Below, in pieces: positions 29,601 through 43,190 of a DNA stretch of 64,000 nucleotides. Numbering within the stretch: the stretch's first letter is position 1; every line of letters starts with the position of its first letter. Source of the DNA: Hydrolagus affinis (lineage: Eukaryota); assembly GCA_012026655.1 (NCBI GenBank), contig JAAILG010000259.1:1-64000 (forward strand), in the 5' to 3' direction. Both the position numbers and the translations under genes were made by a program. A model generated the notes under the pieces. It did not search any database. It was not told where the DNA came from and worked only from the letters and a program-made list of their open reading frames with translations.

Positions 29601-29739
29601 GTAAACCCTTCAAGGCAAGATGTTTATTCTACATGAAAGGTGCTACAGTAATTCAATGCCAGTTGTTGCTGTTGTTTTAAGATTATGTTAGAATAAGAAC
29701 GCTATCAACTTACACTCATATAGTCTGCTTCATGTAGAA

Positions 29740-29900
29740 TAATGTCTCTGAGTGCCTTACAGTGGTGAGGATGGATGCTGAGTAGGGGGAGCGAAGGGGG
29801 AAGTGACCAAAGATGTGTTTGAAGAGATTTTAAGGTGGAACTTGAAGACAGATAGAGCGGGGCTAAGATGGAGAGAGTTGCAGAGAGAGGACAGTATGTT
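29740..29900 (-). mobile_element. Old L2 3' remnant
   Basis: Minus strand LCNSLHLSPALSVFKFHLK resembles the L2 ORF2 C-terminus. Confidence 0.55.
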
Positions 29901-30067
29901 AATTATGGTCGAGGAAGCTTTTGGGTGCAAAATAATACTACAACCCAATAAAACTACCAGTAATTGCTACAGCAAAAGTTACAACCTATTATTCAATGTA
30001 AGGACATTATCAAGCCAGTGAGAAATTCAGTTAACATGACCATAAAAATATGTTTGAAGTAAAATTT

Positions 30068-30258
30068 TAAAAATCCTTGCATTTGGTATTGCTTTTCACG
30101 TCTTCTAGACGTCATAAAGCGCTTCACAAAATATACTGTAAAATGACTGTATATTTCTGGGAGAAACGAGGCAGCCAATTGCGCACGGCAGCATCCCGCA
30201 AACAGTTGTGGATTCAGTGATCAACTTGTTTTTTTTCTCTTTTGAGGGATTATTATCA
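30068..30258 (-). mobile_element. SINE 3' half
   Basis: aatccttgcatttgg...gcttcacaaaatatactgtaaa...gagggattattatcagg. Confidence 0.85.
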
Positions 30259-33200
30259 GGCATATGGAGTAGGGAAATACTGTACCACTAAGTAAAACCA
30301 AAAATACTGACAACATTGACTTGAATTGTGATTGTGTAAACAGTTCATTCGTAGGAGGTGCTTTCAGAATCTCATCCTGTGTACTGGTGAGCCTTGTTTA
30401 TTAGTTACAATATTACTTGACTTTCACATTATTATGCATCTTGTGGCAGTATTGTGCACAGTATTTACCGTATAATGAATGACCCTCAAAATCCTTCATG
30501 TCCATTCTCTGAAAGCGTAACTGCAACAAGCCCCTTAAATTGTGTGCCGTGTCACCTTATCATAGAGCAAGCTTTACATCCTCTTGTCTTGAAATAGGTT
30601 TCACATAAATTATAGCTGAATTGAAGCAAAATGTAATTACAATTTCCACCAGTGCACCGACAGATAGATTGTAAAAGCTTTGCATGAAATGTAGCGTGGC
30701 AGTCAATTTTCAATAAATGTCAGCATACAAAAGTGAAAAATGAAATGTGCATTTCTACATCACAAAATCAACACTAAATCATCCTGCACCATCCTGCACC
30801 ACATAACCCAAGGTCACCAAGTCAAGGACGGGTATGGTAAATTGGAATAGAACGCAGAACCGTTTACCCATTTTAGATGAGGTGCAATGTTTCTTTGGTG
30901 ATCAATTGTCCCAGTTAGCTTTCCAAATCCCAGTCTGGCAAACCTTTGATGGTGCAGTGTGCCGAAAGATTTGGTTGGAAGGATTGAGATTCCAAAATGT
31001 GAACACAAAGCTAATTTCTCTCGACTCGCACCCATCTTAATGGCCGTGATAGTGATTTCCATGGGGGAGGACAGAATTAATTAAGTGGCTTGGCAACACA
31101 GTGCTATTGTTACTAGAATTTGGCTTTGAAGCTTTAGTTTTTTTAATCCAAGAAATGTTTCTCTTTGTTCATAAAAATTGCTGATGATGATTCGGTATTT
31201 CTTCAGCTCACAAGGTCTGGACACAAGTAACCTTTGATCAAAAGGAATTGTTTTAGTGTTCAGGGTACGTCCCAGTTCCCTTGGTGGAATCCTTTTGGGT
31301 TGTGGCGCAGCTTAAGGTCGGATCACACATATCTGCATGTCAAATGGCCTCTGCAGCTTCAAAATGGATGTTTGTGAATGTCATCATGCATGCTTAGTAA
31401 ACAGAGCCTTTTAGTGTTTCAGAGTGGGTCATCAGTACTGCTCATGTGTGGTGCCTTCATAAATCTTATGCACTGCAGTGCGTTCATATTGGAGGCTGTG
31501 CACTCTGTTTAACCTCACGTTTGAGGCCCATAGCATTTCCACACTCCTCCAGTAAACACTCGGCCGTTTAACTCTATGGGAATTAAAAATAGTTCAGCCC
31601 ACTGTCCCACTAAATACTTAATGATCTACCTTCCTGTAAGGACTATTTATTTTCCAGTTTTTCAGATTTCTATTTCCTATAACAGGATTTTTTTTAAAAA
31701 AAACTTTAAATCTGCGATGCTAGAAAATGTTTCCCCCTCGCCCACCCAGTGGCTTTGCAAATTGTTCTTATTTATCACAATGTGTGGAATTAATGGTAGT
31801 ATTGAAAGAAATTAATATTTGATCTTAAACAATCCATTATATGCAGTGGAGATTGGTACAATTTGCGTGACTGGTTCACATTCTCATCAACGATCTTTGT
31901 ATCTATGATTTGTAGAGTCATAAAGGGCAAAGTAGTCAGCAATATTGATATGCAAATTGAGTTCTTCTTTGTAAGCTTCTAAGAACAAAGCGTACTTCAC
32001 AGACACCCTCACTATCTGAATAATCTTTAGTTCTTATATGTATACCCCAACCATAAATTATGTGCCACTGGAAACCAAGACTTTAAAGTATGATTTAATT
32101 ACATTTTTAATTACATTTTTAATTTTAAATTAAATTATGATTTAATTTTTGAAAGTATCATTGGACAATTCTTTTAGGGAAGGATTGTTATTGTATTTCT
32201 TAAGATCCTTAATAGTAGCACACATTAATAGATTCACATTAATAGCATGTATCTTCTGTTAAAAAAAAAGTGGTTCATCTGTGCAATGGTAACAGAAAAC
32301 ACATCCCTTTTTAAAGTTTCACCAAACCCGGTTGCAGTTTTCAATGTCTCTGCAAAACCTAAAGTACTGTCATTCAGTGCAAAGAAAAGGATAGTTAGCA
32401 CTTTTCTCTCACAGGCAAAGTAAATTTTGCATTATTCTTAATGTTTGAAACTCACAGCAGTCTAAACTAAGCAGAGCCTAAAGAATGAGCTACACTTCTA
32501 ACCCATTTGAAATGTCAGGCCTAGTGTGATTGAGGGACTTCTTTCTCTATTAAGAGGTCCCAAAATGTGTAGCTTTAATTTTGCAGTGATCTCTGGGGAC
32601 ACCTATCTGTTGAAATCATTTTCAGTAGCTGTTCTTTTGGTGAGCACTTTACAACATGCATTGTGCCAGAGATCCACAATTTTGAGTAGTGCAGCAAATT
32701 GCTCAATTGAGATACCATAAATTTTCTCCTACACAAATGTTTAGTGGCTTTAAAGCAAAATATCCAGAACAAATGTATTTTTATACTGGGTAAAGCTTGA
32801 AGAAATGTGTCAGCCTGGTTCAGTTGCACTCTTGCTCAGAGCCAGCAGTTTAGGGGTGATGTCAAACCCCACTTTGGGACATTGAATTTGCATAGTCTAG
32901 TTGACACGACTCCAATGTAATGTTTGCTGGCATTGTTGGAGGCACCACCCTTTAGATGAGATGTCAAACAAAAACAGCAAAATGCCACTTGTCTAGCGCC
33001 TTTCATATCAGGAGGATGTCCCAAGGCGCTGCTGAGGTCCGCTCAGCTTGTTCAGATGGACATTGAAGAAAAATTAAATTAATTATAGATATTATATATC
33101 ATGGACGTGGTATAACTCAAAGAGGGAAGGGAGTTTCTCCTTGACCAATGCCCCAGATAAAATTAACAATTCACTCCATTGCTGTTTGCGGGACGTTGCT

Positions 33201-34321
33201 GAGTGAAATTTGGCTACCATGCTCTCGCCCACAAAATAAGAGAGTGAGTCATTTTAAGACTCGATAAAAACAGCTTCCAAATTAGGTCTGAATTTAAGAA
33301 TGTTCCACAATTCTGTGTGCTAGTAAGTTTTAAGACAAAAAAAAGTTTTTTTTAGGTTGAACCGAGGTAAAAGTTTGGGTCTATTAATCAGAACATTATA
33401 TAGCCCAATAAAGATGAAAAGATATTCTTTGGTTCTTCAGATTTAATTTTATTGAATCTTAACTGATCTTCATTGATGTCTTCATTTATGTCTATGAATG
33501 CATCTTTGTTTTTACAAAGTAGTAAAGAAGAACTAGACAATTGGGACTTTTAAGTTCCCAAATTTAATTTTTTTGCAGATTTATAGAGCTGCAAAAATTA
33601 TGCATAAAACCATCAATCACATCCATCAAATTGTAATGGTTCTTAAAACCATTTCCAGAAACATGCTGTAAATTGAATCAATGAAAACACCATTACCCCC
33701 TCTCTTTCCAATTGAGTTAATGTAGCAAACTCTTGCTCTTTTCGTTTAACACATAGTAGTATTTTGAAAATACATCACTCTTCTCGAAGTTTTACTACAA
33801 ATCACTGAAGTGACTAAGAGATCAAAAGAAGAGTGTAACATTCACAGCCTTTTCTTAGACTAAAATGGGTTGTGGGATGAAATTAGCAGTGTTTTATAAT
33901 GTGTTCTTTGTGGTACTTATCACAAACAATGCCACGAATTTCACCTCTCGTCCCACAAGTCCATTTCTTTCTTAAAGGTATTTTTATAATTGCGGAATAG
34001 ACATCCTCCCACTGTGAAAGGGGATGTATCAAATGTGAGGCATCTTATTCTTTTTATAATTGGTTTATTATTTCTGTTTTTTTTCCTTATTGAGTCATGC
34101 CCTGAAACGCTTTGTATTCTAGAAAGATGAGATAAAACGGGCCAAATGACCTTCTTCATCCAAATTAATCTTATGATCTTTATTGTTCATTCACAAAACA
34201 TACTTTATAGTATATCCTTTACGGTATATTTTAGTAAGAGCTCAAAATGAAACTCTTTGAGACACTCCATTGACTTGAAAAGGCACTATATCAAATATAG
34301 GGATTTATTTATGGAATGGGC

Positions 34322-34620
34322 CTGGAGTTCATTGACTAAAGTACTCACCTGGCCAGCGAAAGATCTGGATTCAATTTCAGGCACTGCAAAATCTTGGGCA
34401 CATTTCCTTACTTCACATGCCCGATAATAATCCCTGAAAAAACTAAGAAATTGGTCTTTTCAATCTACGACTGGTTTGGGGGACACTGCTGTGCGCAATT
34501 GGCTACCGTGTTTCCCCGCAAATATACAGCCAATTCACTTTACAGTATATTCTGTGAAGCACTTTGAGATGTCTAGAAGATATGAAAAAGTGCTATATCA
34601 AAATGCAAGGATTATTATTT
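34322..34620 (+). mobile_element. Near full-length tRNA-head SINE with L2-like tail (the window's dominant SINE family)
   Basis: Degenerate A/B-box head, body ctgctgtgcgcaattggct...cactttacagtatattctgtgaagc, tail gctatatcaaaatgcaaggattattatt shared with many other copies. Confidence 0.85.
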
Positions 34621-34911
34621 TAGTAGTTAATGCCATAAACCAGTTTGCAAAACTCTTTGCTGCATTTCTTTTAATCCTCCACAAGGTGGCTGCAAAGACC
34701 AGCCATTACCAATTTTTAAAATCTTCAATGTATCTGTTGATTGTACAGTATTCTTCATGAATGGAGTTGGTGGTTTGCCACCGTAAATAGTGCCAGACAT
34801 TGTTGGGTAGTTGCATTGGGAAAACCACAGCAATAAGGGGAAATTGCTTTGGAGGGAAAGGAGGTTTCAATCTATAAATGCGGTTGGTTCAAAAAGCTGC
34901 CTTTGAATAAC

Positions 34912-35160
34912 AACAAGAACGACATCTTGCATTTATTTAGCATTCCTCACCTAGAATAATGACTCTGAGAGCCTCACAATAGCGGGGCAGATGCTTAGCA
35001 TGGGGGCAGGGAAGGGGTGAATAGGAGGTGACCACAGGCACGGTTGAAGAGGTAGAGGCGGGACCTGAATCCAGATAGAGAGGGGACAAGACAGGAAAGT
35101 TGAGGGAGGGGAGTAGAAGAAGTTAAGGGGTGTAGAACTGGAAAAGCTGGCCATGCAAAG
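34912..35160 (-). mobile_element. L2 3' remnant
   Basis: caacaagaacgacatcttgcatttatttagc tail plus G-rich reverse 3' UTR. Confidence 0.6.
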
Positions 35161-35386
35161 AGTGCAGATATGCACAGAATAATGCTGGTCGTGGCTTCAA
35201 AAGATGATTTAAACTTGGTGTGCAGAGACTGAAAACTAGATTTAAGGTGAACTCAAGCCAGTTTTCAGTATGGCTAAATTAATAAAATCTTAATCCTTGC
35301 CCAACACATGGATAGGACTTTCCTAATGTCAATGTTTTTTTTAACATAGAGAAGTAATTCTCATCTCGGCTGAGTTCAGTCGTTGA

Positions 35387-35486
35387 NNNNNNNNNNNNNN
35401 NNNNNNNNNNNNNNNNNNNNNNNNNNNNNNNNNNNNNNNNNNNNNNNNNNNNNNNNNNNNNNNNNNNNNNNNNNNNNNNNNNNNNN
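35387..35486. other. Assembly gap (100 N)
   Basis: Run of n. Confidence 1.
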
Positions 35487-36699
35487 CGGTCAACAACAGA
35501 GCCGAAGACAGAAATGGTTCAGAATGTCTGTGAAGGTAGAGTACAAGGAAATCAGCCCTTCCAGCTAATAAGTGGCAAGTGATGAGATTCCTGAGGTAAA
35601 ACAGAAGTGCATGCCAGATTGTTAAAAGAAGTCAGGCTTGCCTTGCCTGATTGAATACATTTGTCCAAATTGTAACATGCTTCTAAAACAACTTGGACAC
35701 AGATGTATCATGGAGTGGGTGGGTGGGGAGAGAGAGAGAGAGATGGGACAATCAGAAGCTCTCCATTTAAATTATGGATTGTTAGTGGCGATAAAGAAAT
35801 AGCCATTAAAGTGGCAAAACCAAGGACCTGCGGTTAAGGAAGGGACTTGTGCATGGGTGCCAAAGTGGCAGGATTATGTGCAGATTGGTTATTTGGGCGC
35901 TGATTCAATGAATTGTGAATGGCACATAGAACGCTTTCTGTCACTCACACATGCACAATAATGGACATATCAAGTAACTAACATCCACAGGGCAGCAATT
36001 GTGCAATGAAAAACGCTTAACATACGACAGTTTGACAAATTAGGCGTTATTATATAAATTCCTAAAATCAATCACCGATAAACAATATTAACTTCAACGG
36101 CAAACTTTTGCAAGTCAGTTGGAGATTGACATTTTACTAATCCTGGACCAGATGTCCTTCCAGACCTCCTACTGAGGATCATGACCCCTTCCTCCAGCTT
36201 CCAGACAGGCATTGCTGCTCCATTACCTGATGTGACCAACGTTTGAAAATATTAATTGTTTAATTAGTACAAGGTTGGACTTGCTCTACTTTCCCACTGG
36301 ACCTGGCAATGAGGTGGGCCAGCTGTGTGAACTTTGGAAGGGTTTTCCAATCTAACAGGGATTGATCCCGCAGCTGCTAAAAGAATTTGAGGACTCTATT
36401 GCTACACAGCTGGCGAAATATCCTCAGAAACAACTCACACCGTTTAAAATTAGTAGCCTGCAAGGAGGTGGAAAGGTTAGCATTATCTTACAATGACAAG
36501 CAAATTCTACTGGGCTCATTCTTGCTTTAGCGTTAACACAGATGGTGAGTAAAGCACATGAGTAAGTATGGTTTATAACAGGATCTTCATATTTTTATGG
36601 GAAGGTTATACCTTTGGTCAGAAACAGATACAGTATTTAGTTTATTAAAGGACAATGTGTAGACCAAACTAGGGAGACCTGATATTTCACTTGTATCAG

Positions 36700-36950
36700 G
36701 CAGGGCGAAATTTTGGGCAAGTTTCCTTACTCCATACGCCTGATAATAATCCCTCGAAAGAAAGCCATAATAATTGGGCATTTCAATCCATGACTGCTTG
36801 TGGGACACTGCTGTGTGTAATTGGCTGGCGCGTTTCACCCACAAATATAAAGTCAACTCACTATACAGTACATTCTGTGAAGCGCTTGAGGCATCTAGAT
36901 GATGTGAAAAATGCTATATCAAATGCAAATGCAAGGATCAAGGATTATTA
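36700..36950 (+). mobile_element. SINE lacking most of the tRNA head
   Basis: cagggcgaaattttgggcaagtttccttactc...caaggattatta. Confidence 0.87.
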
Positions 36951-37451
36951 GTTCTGCCCTCTGGGACCAGTTCCTTTAAAATTTAAGGTTGTGCGAAATA
37001 GTCGAAAGTACATAAAATAATTTTTAGTTACGAAGCATTTTTTTTGACAATTGTTGCAAACAATTTTCCAAATTAAACCTGAATAGAAGCATCTTCCAAA
37101 GTTCTGTTTGATCATAAATAATTGAAGCCTGAATTGCAGACTAACAACAGGTGAAAATTTCAAGCCTGTGGTCAAACTGGGTGCAAGGTGGTCTCTCCCT
37201 AATATTGTAAAAGCTGTGAATCAAGTAACATCTTGACTTGTGCAGTTCTTCTATTACAATCAATAATAAAAATAATATTCTTTGCATTTGCCATAGCACC
37301 AACAATGTCAAAGTACTTCACAGCTAACATGTGTACATTTGTAGTATTTATAAGCAAATACAAGAGTCAATTTGCACAAGGCAGGTCACGTAAACAGCTT
37401 TGAATTGAATGAATTGAAAGGCCTCTATGCCTGACCACTCAGCAGGCATGG

Positions 37452-37530
37452 AGGCTGCCTGACCTGCTGAGTGTTTCCAGCAACTTCTGTTTTTTGTTTC
37501 AGATTTTTAGCATCTGCGGTATTTTGCATT
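37452..37530. repeat. Interspersed repeat fragment common in sharks (possibly Penelope-associated)
   Basis: gctgcctgacctgctgagtgtttccagca...gtttcagatttttagcatctgc; family assignment from memory only. Confidence 0.4.
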
Positions 37531-38214
37531 TTAATGAATTTAATGACCAATTTATCTCAAAGATTGTTGGCCAGAAGAACTCTTTTCGAAAGGGTTTAAT
37601 GTCTCATTTGATGATGACATCTCCAACAAAGCAGTGGATACACAAGGAAGAAAGAAAGAAGGTTATGGGTGAGGAGGTTAGGAGATGTGAAGGCTCATGC
37701 AGAAACAGTGGCCTGTTTCCATGCTGTAATATTCTATGTAATCCATTTTCTTAAAATCAAAAAATTCCAAGAACACTTTATAAGTACTCCAGCATTTTTA
37801 AATATGTATGTATTCAAGGAAGCAATTCACATAATACATCTGAAAATGAGCATCAAGGTTGTTGCCAGCTGCCAGCCTTATAGTCTATTTTAAAGTAATA
37901 CAGTAAAGTATTGTACATTTAAAGTAATAAGCTCTTGCCTATGAATAAATCATCTCTGGCTTGACGGATATCTTTATGAAGTGAAAGTTCTGTAGGACAG
38001 TGACATTAAATAAGAATAATTCAATGCTGATTAGGTCAAGGACTGCACCTGTCAAATGTAATAAATGCAGTGACTGCAAACTGCTTTTGCCTGGGTAAGA
38101 TATTCCTTATAAATTAACTTTGATATGGACTATTCCCTGATAAAGATTATAACGTATCCAGCAGGTAAGGTAAAGCATTAATGAGATTGAGTGAAATGTG
38201 ACTTTGAGCTCCTA

Positions 38215-38545
38215 GTAAAGGCTGACAGTGCTGGGGGAGTGCTGCATTGACGGAGGAGGCATCCTTTGAATGAAACGTTAAACTAAAGTCCCATCTTCCT
38301 GTTCAGGCACACATTGATGATCTTGTGGCAGTATTTGAAAAGAGAATGGAGTTTCCCCAAGTGTGCTGGCCAGCAATCCCCTAGACATAATTGGTCATTC
38401 ACTTTCATGCTGTTTGTGGGACATTGTTACACTCTATTTGCCTACACAGTTACTAAACTATACTGTACATCAATTCCAGTGCAGCAATTTGAGATGTTTT
38501 GATGACAGGATAAGTTGCGATATCAAATGCAAGGATTATTATTAT
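38215..38545 (+). mobile_element. Deu-type SINE
   Basis: ggggagtgctgcattgacggagg...cctgttcagg...gtggcagtatttgaaaagag...caaggattattat. Confidence 0.72.
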
Positions 38546-40924
38546 ATAGTTATGAATAATAGAAAAAACCATTGATTACAGAAGAAATCTTTAATAACCT
38601 TGGCTGATTTTCTCCTCCCCAAGCCAACAGAATTCAGTTTTTTATTTTGTGAAACCTGAAGGGTCAGATATGATTAGTGGTTTCTTACAGAAACAGTGGC
38701 AGAAATAGTTTTATCATAAGTTTAGTTCTATTTAAAGTCGGGGGAAAAAAAGTTAAGGCAAACCCTGTGTTACTCTTGAGACTGATACAGAGTACAATGA
38801 GATGTGTGTCTAAAAGTCTGGCTGTTCAAACTACTGAATAGTACTCAATTACCTGTTTTCGTGTATACACTAAGTCTGCAATAAAATGTACTACAAGTGA
38901 TCCCATATGAGCAGACATCTCACAGGTCTTGTGATGGCTACCATATGTTTTTACAGCTTGAATTTTAATCTTGCGTTATGTGATCAATCCCAGTGGAACG
39001 ACCATTTGTACGGCACTTATGAACCACTGTTGCAAATACAGAGAACTGCAATAGTACTGAGCTAGTCTTTGCTGCAAGGAGAAATTACAAATTGTTAATG
39101 GACACTTTTGAAGATGTCTTACAGTATGTGACTACCGTACATTTTACACTGAATGCGATTGCTTTTGTTGACTGACATTGTCCAATTTAAATTTCTGCAG
39201 GCTGTTCATTTGCTTTAACTACTTTACTGTTTTCAAATGTTTTTCTTTAAACTCCTAAGTTGTTTGTGCATTAACATTTTGATCAGCTACATTAATCACT
39301 CACTGTACCAATAGAACCTCACACACTGAATGATGAAATTGCTTTACATTTATTTCACCTGCATGTTTGTGGCCCTGGCATCCATGAATACTTGATCAAA
39401 AATCAGAATTGAGCGTTTGAATTAAGATTGATTGAGCACCACTCAATCATTTGACCGGCTTTATCTCAAGCTGAACCACGACAAGAATTCAGGGTGGGTA
39501 CCATGGGCACCTCTTACAGGTTTAGCCTTGAGATTTAAGTTTGAAAATTCAAGACAGTACAGGTTTGGGAAGATCCTTGAAGTTTTAAATTTGGAAGCTG
39601 GTTTTCTACAATTCATCAAAGCTGAAAACACTCGCTTCCAGTTTATGGCTGAGTTCAAGAATTTCGCAAAATTCTGCAGGCTTCCATTTTAAGTACTCCA
39701 AAACACTATCCCTTGTGAATGACACTATGTAAATGCTTGTTGTTGTTGTTGATGTTGTTTAAGACAAAGATTTTAAGACAAAGATTTTAAGACTAAGGTT
39801 AGGAGAAATGTCATGTCTCAGATTGGCTTCAGTATGGGCACAACACTTAAACAAATACAACCTATTGTTGAACTAATACAAGCATCAAATCTGGCTTCAT
39901 TTCATTTTTATGCCTGAATGGTCACACGGAAAAGTGAGGTATTCTCATTAGTTTCTACAATAATTAACTTGAAGGGCATGAGGGTTTGCACAACTGACAT
40001 CTTGGTTATGAGTGGAGATATTATCCACCTGGATTGAATAAATACCACAATGACTTCATTCAGCAATGAATTAGATAGTCTCTTTGCATTTTAGAAATAA
40101 AAAAAACAACAGCCATGTTGCCCATCTTTACATTCATCTATTAAACGTGCTCCACTGGAAATTCCAACGATAGTATATCCAAAGCTTCAAGGTCTTTTTC
40201 AGATTTAAGTTTAAGGTAAAAGGAAGCTCCTGGCTGGAACTGAAGCCAACTCCGCAGCTGGAGAAAATATAACTTCATATCCAGTGTACATGTAGAATGG
40301 AATGCACTATAATTTCTATTTCCTTTTGATTTCTGTGGCATTTTGATGAAACAAAATGTTGCCTCAACATTAATTCAGGCAATAACAAAATTCTCATCTG
40401 GTCTGCTGCATAAATTCCTGCATCAAGTATCACTCTCTGTGAAGTGCCGATCCAGGTCTTGAGTTGAGAAGCAATATTTTATTTAGGGATTACAGGGTTT
40501 GTTCAGTATGGTTAAAATAAAAAACATAAATACAAATTATGAAAGGAAATTTAAAAAAATGCTCAGTGTGTGCTTGTGATTAATGAACCTAATGGAAAAT
40601 GTTCCCAGAGTTTATACCTTGGCTACTTAATTACTTCAGAACTAAAATATGCAAATTGCTGTTGTTGAGGATATTAATGCCAGCCAAGACATGCTATCAA
40701 TAGAGGTCTTACTGTTCTTGAATGGACAGATCCCAATCTTTAGTTCTGAGAGTTTCTTTAGATCTACCTTTTCTTGTCTTGAGGTACTACAACCTTCACA
40801 GGCACAATAAGGCATAATAGAACCAAATCTTCAAAGAATACATTGGCTAAGTATAAAACAGCTAAGTCTTGAGACTGCACCATACTCACAGAAATGAGCA
40901 TTGACTCTTAAAGTGCCTGATTCT

Positions 40925-41135
40925 GGAGTCCCATAGCTCAGGGGTTAGAGCACTCATCTCATAACAATAACAACAACAACAAAATTACATTTATATAGCG
41001 AGAGACCTGGGTTTGATTCCAATCAGGGCAAAACCTTAGGAAAGTTTCCTTACTCTACCCACCTAATAATAATCCCTCAAGAAAAAAAACCAATAATAAA
41101 TTAGTCACTTCAACCCACGACTGTTTGTGGGACGA
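40925..41135 (+). mobile_element. SINE 5' half (tRNA head) interrupted by a short L2 tail
   Basis: A-box tagctcaggggttagagc, B-box gggtttgattcc, then cagggcaaaaccttaggaaagtttccttactc. Confidence 0.8.
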
Positions 41136-41926
41136 CACGAATGGGAATTTTTGCTAAACAGATCATTTATTCAAGTACAGGTTAAGTCCGATGCACTGTG
41201 TTGTCAAACATGCCGGCTGGTATGAACACCTTTCAAATCCAGATAGGCAGATTGTTCAGAGCAGCAATGCGTAAGCTGATCATGGTCTTTACTGCATAAA
41301 GATGTGGATTCATATTACTGAGAACAGATCGTGTGCATAACATTCAGTGGTCGCAGCAGCAGAGGGAAAACGTGTTGAGTACTATGGGGAGATTCAATCA
41401 AGAGGAGTTTAAACTGGTAGTCTCTCTCTCTCTCTCTTTCCACTCCGCAAATGTTTTCCTGTTCACTTTCCTCCTCTACTGATGGAAATGACTCATGCCG
41501 GGGTTTCTCAAGCGCTGGCTGGTCATTTCTCAGTGATTTACCCAGATGAGGCCGGGTAATGGATATCTTCAGACTACTCAACTGGCAGGGTCATCGAAAC
41601 GCTCACCAATCCCATCATTAGCAGCTTACACTTGCATGCGTCTGCATATGTCTAATTTGCCACCAGGGTGAAAGCTGCTCCAGCTCCAGTAGCAAATGAA
41701 GTTGATGTTTTGCCTGATACGGGCAGCAAAACCTGCTTTGTTTGTACTCTAAGCATTTTAGTCAGACTGAGTCACTGCATTATAAGCACAATTTACAGGC
41801 AGCAATGTACTTAATTATTCAGTTCTTTAACCTCTTTTAACTACACAAGGGAAACCCAACTCTATTATTATTTAATGCAAATCTCTGGTTAGAGATGGGC
41901 TAAATGTTGCATCTTAGGTTGCTCCT

Positions 41927-43190
41927 AAGCATTATTGATCTGTTCAGTTTAGGTTCTTTTGTTCCCTTGGAAGCTCCAATATTATTAGGGTAATGTGTAT
42001 TTATATTACATATTTATTTGCCGGGAACTGCGTATAGTTCAGTCCATTTCAACACTTAAAGTTTGCATACTTCAAATCAAATGTGATTTTGCTACTGGGG
42101 TTCAATCGGTTTAATAATAGGTGTAACAATAAATAAGATTCCTTGCAATTGATGTATCTTATCAAGTCATTCACATGCTTGAAGCACTGCACAAGATTTA
42201 CTGTAAAGTGTAGTGACTCTGTGTATTTGTAGGCAAATGCATTAGCCAATTTGCACTCAACAATGCTCCACAAAACAGCCATGATCAATTTTATCTGGGG
42301 GATTGTATGCCAGGGCCCTAGGAAAAAAACTCCTTTTGCTTTTCGAAAGAGCCATGGGATCTTTAATGTCTACCTGAACATGCAGATGGGACTTTGGTTT
42401 GCATCTCATCCGAAGATGTAACAGTATCCAACGGTTTGTTTGGGACACAAGGCTGGGTTGCAACCATCCTTCAATGAATAAACAGTTCTAATATTATGAT
42501 ATAAAGGTCCAAAAGCTTTATTTGGAAAGTGAAATTAATTTACAGTAAAATTTAAATATCGTTTATTATTATTATTTTTCCAAAATCATTGCTTTCAATT
42601 TCAATACATTGTACAGTACTTACTGTGCCACTAAAACGCAGGTTCAAACCTCTCACTGTTTTCCTCCGTCATACACAAAGCAGACACAAGGTGGTGGGAA
42701 AAGCTAAGAGAAATTTGTTATGGCCTCATGGTGAAATCAGACAAAGGAGCAACCGTGGCTTTGAAAGTGATAGGATTATATCACTGACTCTTCGAGGAGA
42801 TGGAACAATGAATAATGGACACAGATGATAAACAGTTCACTAATTTCTCAGTTGTCAGAATGCGTTTACTAAAGTGCTAACTAACATTTTTTTTTCCTGC
42901 AGATATCATCCACGTTTCTGGCATTTTACGCTAGTCTTTTCCCCCCACCTCCCACTGGCGTTTCATTCGCTGTCTTTGTTCCTATGTCCTCCATATGAAA
43001 TGCAAAGAAAAATAACAATCTCTGTAACAGAGCCAGTGATCCATACAGGATCAGGTTGCAGGAAGCATTATTGATCTGTTCAGTTTGGGTTCTTTTGTTC
43101 CCTCGGAAGGTCTAATATTATTAGGGTAATGTGTGTACTCATATTTATTGCCGGGAATTGCGGGTAATTCAGTCCATTTCAACACTCAAA
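41927..43190 (+). repeat. ~130-bp diverged direct repeat (41927-42060 and 43063-43190)
   Basis: Both copies run aagcattattgatctgttcagttt...aatattattagggtaatgtgt...ttcagtccatttcaacact. Confidence 0.9.
42130..42420 (-). mobile_element. Deu-type SINE
   Basis: SINE tail at 42130 plus gccatgggatctttaatgtctacctgaac core. Confidence 0.72.

Noticed and set aside
39758-39797. Short tandem duplications (ttaagacaaagatt here; also ~6327-6366, ~32092-32125, ~54248-54294)
   Set aside because: Ordinary slippage-type micro-duplications with no sign of function.
40925-41030. Genuine tRNA gene
   Set aside because: The A/B boxes continue directly into SINE body sequence and the cloverleaf is disrupted.
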